NCBI GenBank assembly: GCA_036172245.1 | Contig: JAYWIR010000007.1 | Span: 2,852,001 to 2,916,000 of the forward strand | From: Raillietiella orientalis | Lineage: Eukaryota | Reading direction: 5' to 3' | Length of the DNA stretch: 64,000 bases | Shown: one piece after another, positions 61,863-64,000 of the stretch | Layout of the letters: each line of letters opens with the position of its first letter | Numbering within the stretch: the stretch's first letter is position 1 | The notes under the pieces: generated by a model | The model's input: only the letters and a program-made list of their open reading frames with translations | Told to the model about the DNA's origin: nothing | Databases searched by the model: none | Translations under genes and position numbers: made by a program

Positions 61863-64000
61863 ACCTCAGCGTGACCGGGTGATAAATTTCCCCTATTTCT
61901 TACCCCCTGCATCGTTTTTTCCAGCCACCGCGTCCTCCCAGTCGTAGAACACACCATTTCGACTGCTCCAGCAACGGTGTACCGTGTGCAAAATGAGCAT
62001 CAGGCCATCCATATCCTTCCCGTGTCTTTTGTCTCTGAAGCACCGTAATTTAGCGAGGGTCGTCTCGGTCATCCCCTCAGACGTAAGCATTTGATTTTCT
62101 TGCCCTCGTTATGACTACCAAGAAACAAAGAACCTGTGCCCATCCTGGAATTGGTGCCGAACTCGGATCCTCTAGCCTGGTCGTGACGTCATTTCCGATC
62201 AGTTGGCGATTCACGGCCTCCGGGACGAGGGCAGAAGGAGAGCAGCGAGCATGGCTGAAGACGAAAGCAAAAGATCAAAGGTCTTATTAGAATGAGCATT
62301 TCGAATTGCCTCTAGCATTCGGATTATCAACCAATAGCGTGGGATGGCACTGGGTGAGACGACTGAGAGGCACGGACCTGCTCGACGAGCCACCCAAGGC
62401 CAACACATGTGCTTCTGGATGGGCAGGGTCGCTTTTTTCTTCCTTCTTCTTGTTCGCCCCGGAGCATCGAATCACTTGCCAGCAAGCGCAAGGAGAGGTT
62501 AAATCAACTTTCTCTTTCTTCGTTCTTATGCAGAATTGGCCAAGTCCATCTCTCCTTTACTGCATCCACCTTGGTAGCAGGATACGGATTCTTGATGACT
62601 TCGTTTCCCTGCCAACACTGTGCACCTCTTCTTCGGAACGCTTCATCGCTCGTGGTTTTCTGGGCGTGGGAAGCTCGCAAGCCTTCAAAACAACTGCCTC
62701 AGTTTCGGTACATCTCCTGGAAAATGGAGCTCGGACTCCCTGCAGTGGAAGGTGAAAGGCGTCCGCGTGTGCACAGGAATGCGTTGGAGATTAGGGACTG
62801 GGACGCATCTCCAGCTTCCTCGTGATGGCAGCACTGCGAGCACTTTGTTGAAAGTACATGTCCCTCTTCAGTCGCTGATCTGCAAACCAGCAGAGACATT
62901 CGGACAGCTGGCAGAATCGGGAATTTCCAATTTGGAAACTTCTCCGTTCTTTTCGAGACCAGTAGCGGCACCACCAGTGGCGAAAGAGTTACTGATGGCT
63001 CCCCGATTCATTCATTCTGCCGCCTTCCACCTCCTCCCACCTTTGGGCTCGCTGGTTTTCTTTCCCTTTGCATCCCTTTTTTTCTTGCCTTTTTGGTTTG
63101 CTTCGAGCTCGGAAATCGCTGCTTCAGCATGTCGGTGGTATGGGATGAGAACGCTGCCTCGCGGGCACTCAGAAGGCTCTTGGAGTGCCTCTCGGCCAAG
63201 GTGCGATTGAAGCGAGGAGGGGTGACCCCAAAGGGTTCGATTCTCGGGTAGTCAACGGGACGTCCGCCTGCGGGTGTGAGTGCATCCTACCGATTCCTGA
63301 GCCCTGGAGGCGTCATCGTGCGCGGGTATTCGATCCTTCGACTCTAGGTGCCGCGCCCGGTCGCCTGTGGCTACACGGCCATCAACACGGGCATGTCCTC
63401 ATTTCGAGCAGTCAGCACGTGCAGCTCGACGTTTCGACTGTGCTACCCGCAAAGATAAATTAATTTGGCTCCTGTGTGGGAGGATTTTTTTTTTTTTTTC
63501 CCCGAACGTGATGCTGCAGAAATCACCTGAAAGCTTCCTGACTCATGCAAAAAATGTAGGGGTGAGGATGTGGTCTCGGAAATGCGTTTAACAAACTAGA
63601 CGTCACCTCACTGGCGTGTGCTGACAACGTTGCCGGAAATCTCCTCAGCGCTCTGCAACATTTGGGAGAACCAACAGATTACCTAATCAGCTTTTAGGAA
63701 AAGGAGACGTTTTGTGATCCCCAAGGTCAATTCAATTAAATTACAGTTGAATGATTTGATGTTTGTAGTAGCAAGAGAAATGGAGGCATCTCTGTACGTT
63801 GGAGCAAAAAAATTCAATCAATTTGATTTCCCGAGAAAAATATTTTTTTTTTTTTACGCGTTTCAGTGGTCGGCATGTCTGCTGACTTCGTCGAGGAATC
63901 AAGGGGACACTTCGATCACCGTAGAAGAGCAGGTGCCTGCTCCGTGAGAATTGAATCCCTCCTGAAAATTTGGGAACAGTTTATTCAGAATCGAATGTAA

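Overview
Eukaryotic, very probably invertebrate (arthropod/crustacean-like; inference) genomic DNA. It has GT-AG splice signals with polypyrimidine tracts, many homopolymer runs and no intact long CDS. Most of the short six-frame ORFs look spurious. The recognisable content is mainly decayed mobile DNA: three diverged 3' fragments plus one RT fragment of an L1/Tx1-like family, two NeSL/Utopia/R2-like and one HERO-like restriction-like-endonuclease (RLE) remnants, a ~2.8 kb APE+RT (I/Jockey-group) fossil, and probable Tc1/mariner and AcademX scraps. There are also pseudogenised host-gene exons (ionotropic-receptor-like; weaker SLC25-like and GT31-like). Two things stand out. First, two diverged copies of a ~700-nt tRNA-headed element whose body keeps compensatory base-pairing. 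Second, several local inverted duplications, two with near-perfect homogenised arms (329 bp at ~99%; a 171 bp identical core), one of them enclosing an inverted paralogous exon. Protein-family calls come from motif recognition by eye across frameshifts and need HMM/BLAST confirmation. Boundaries of decayed elements and percent identities are approximate.
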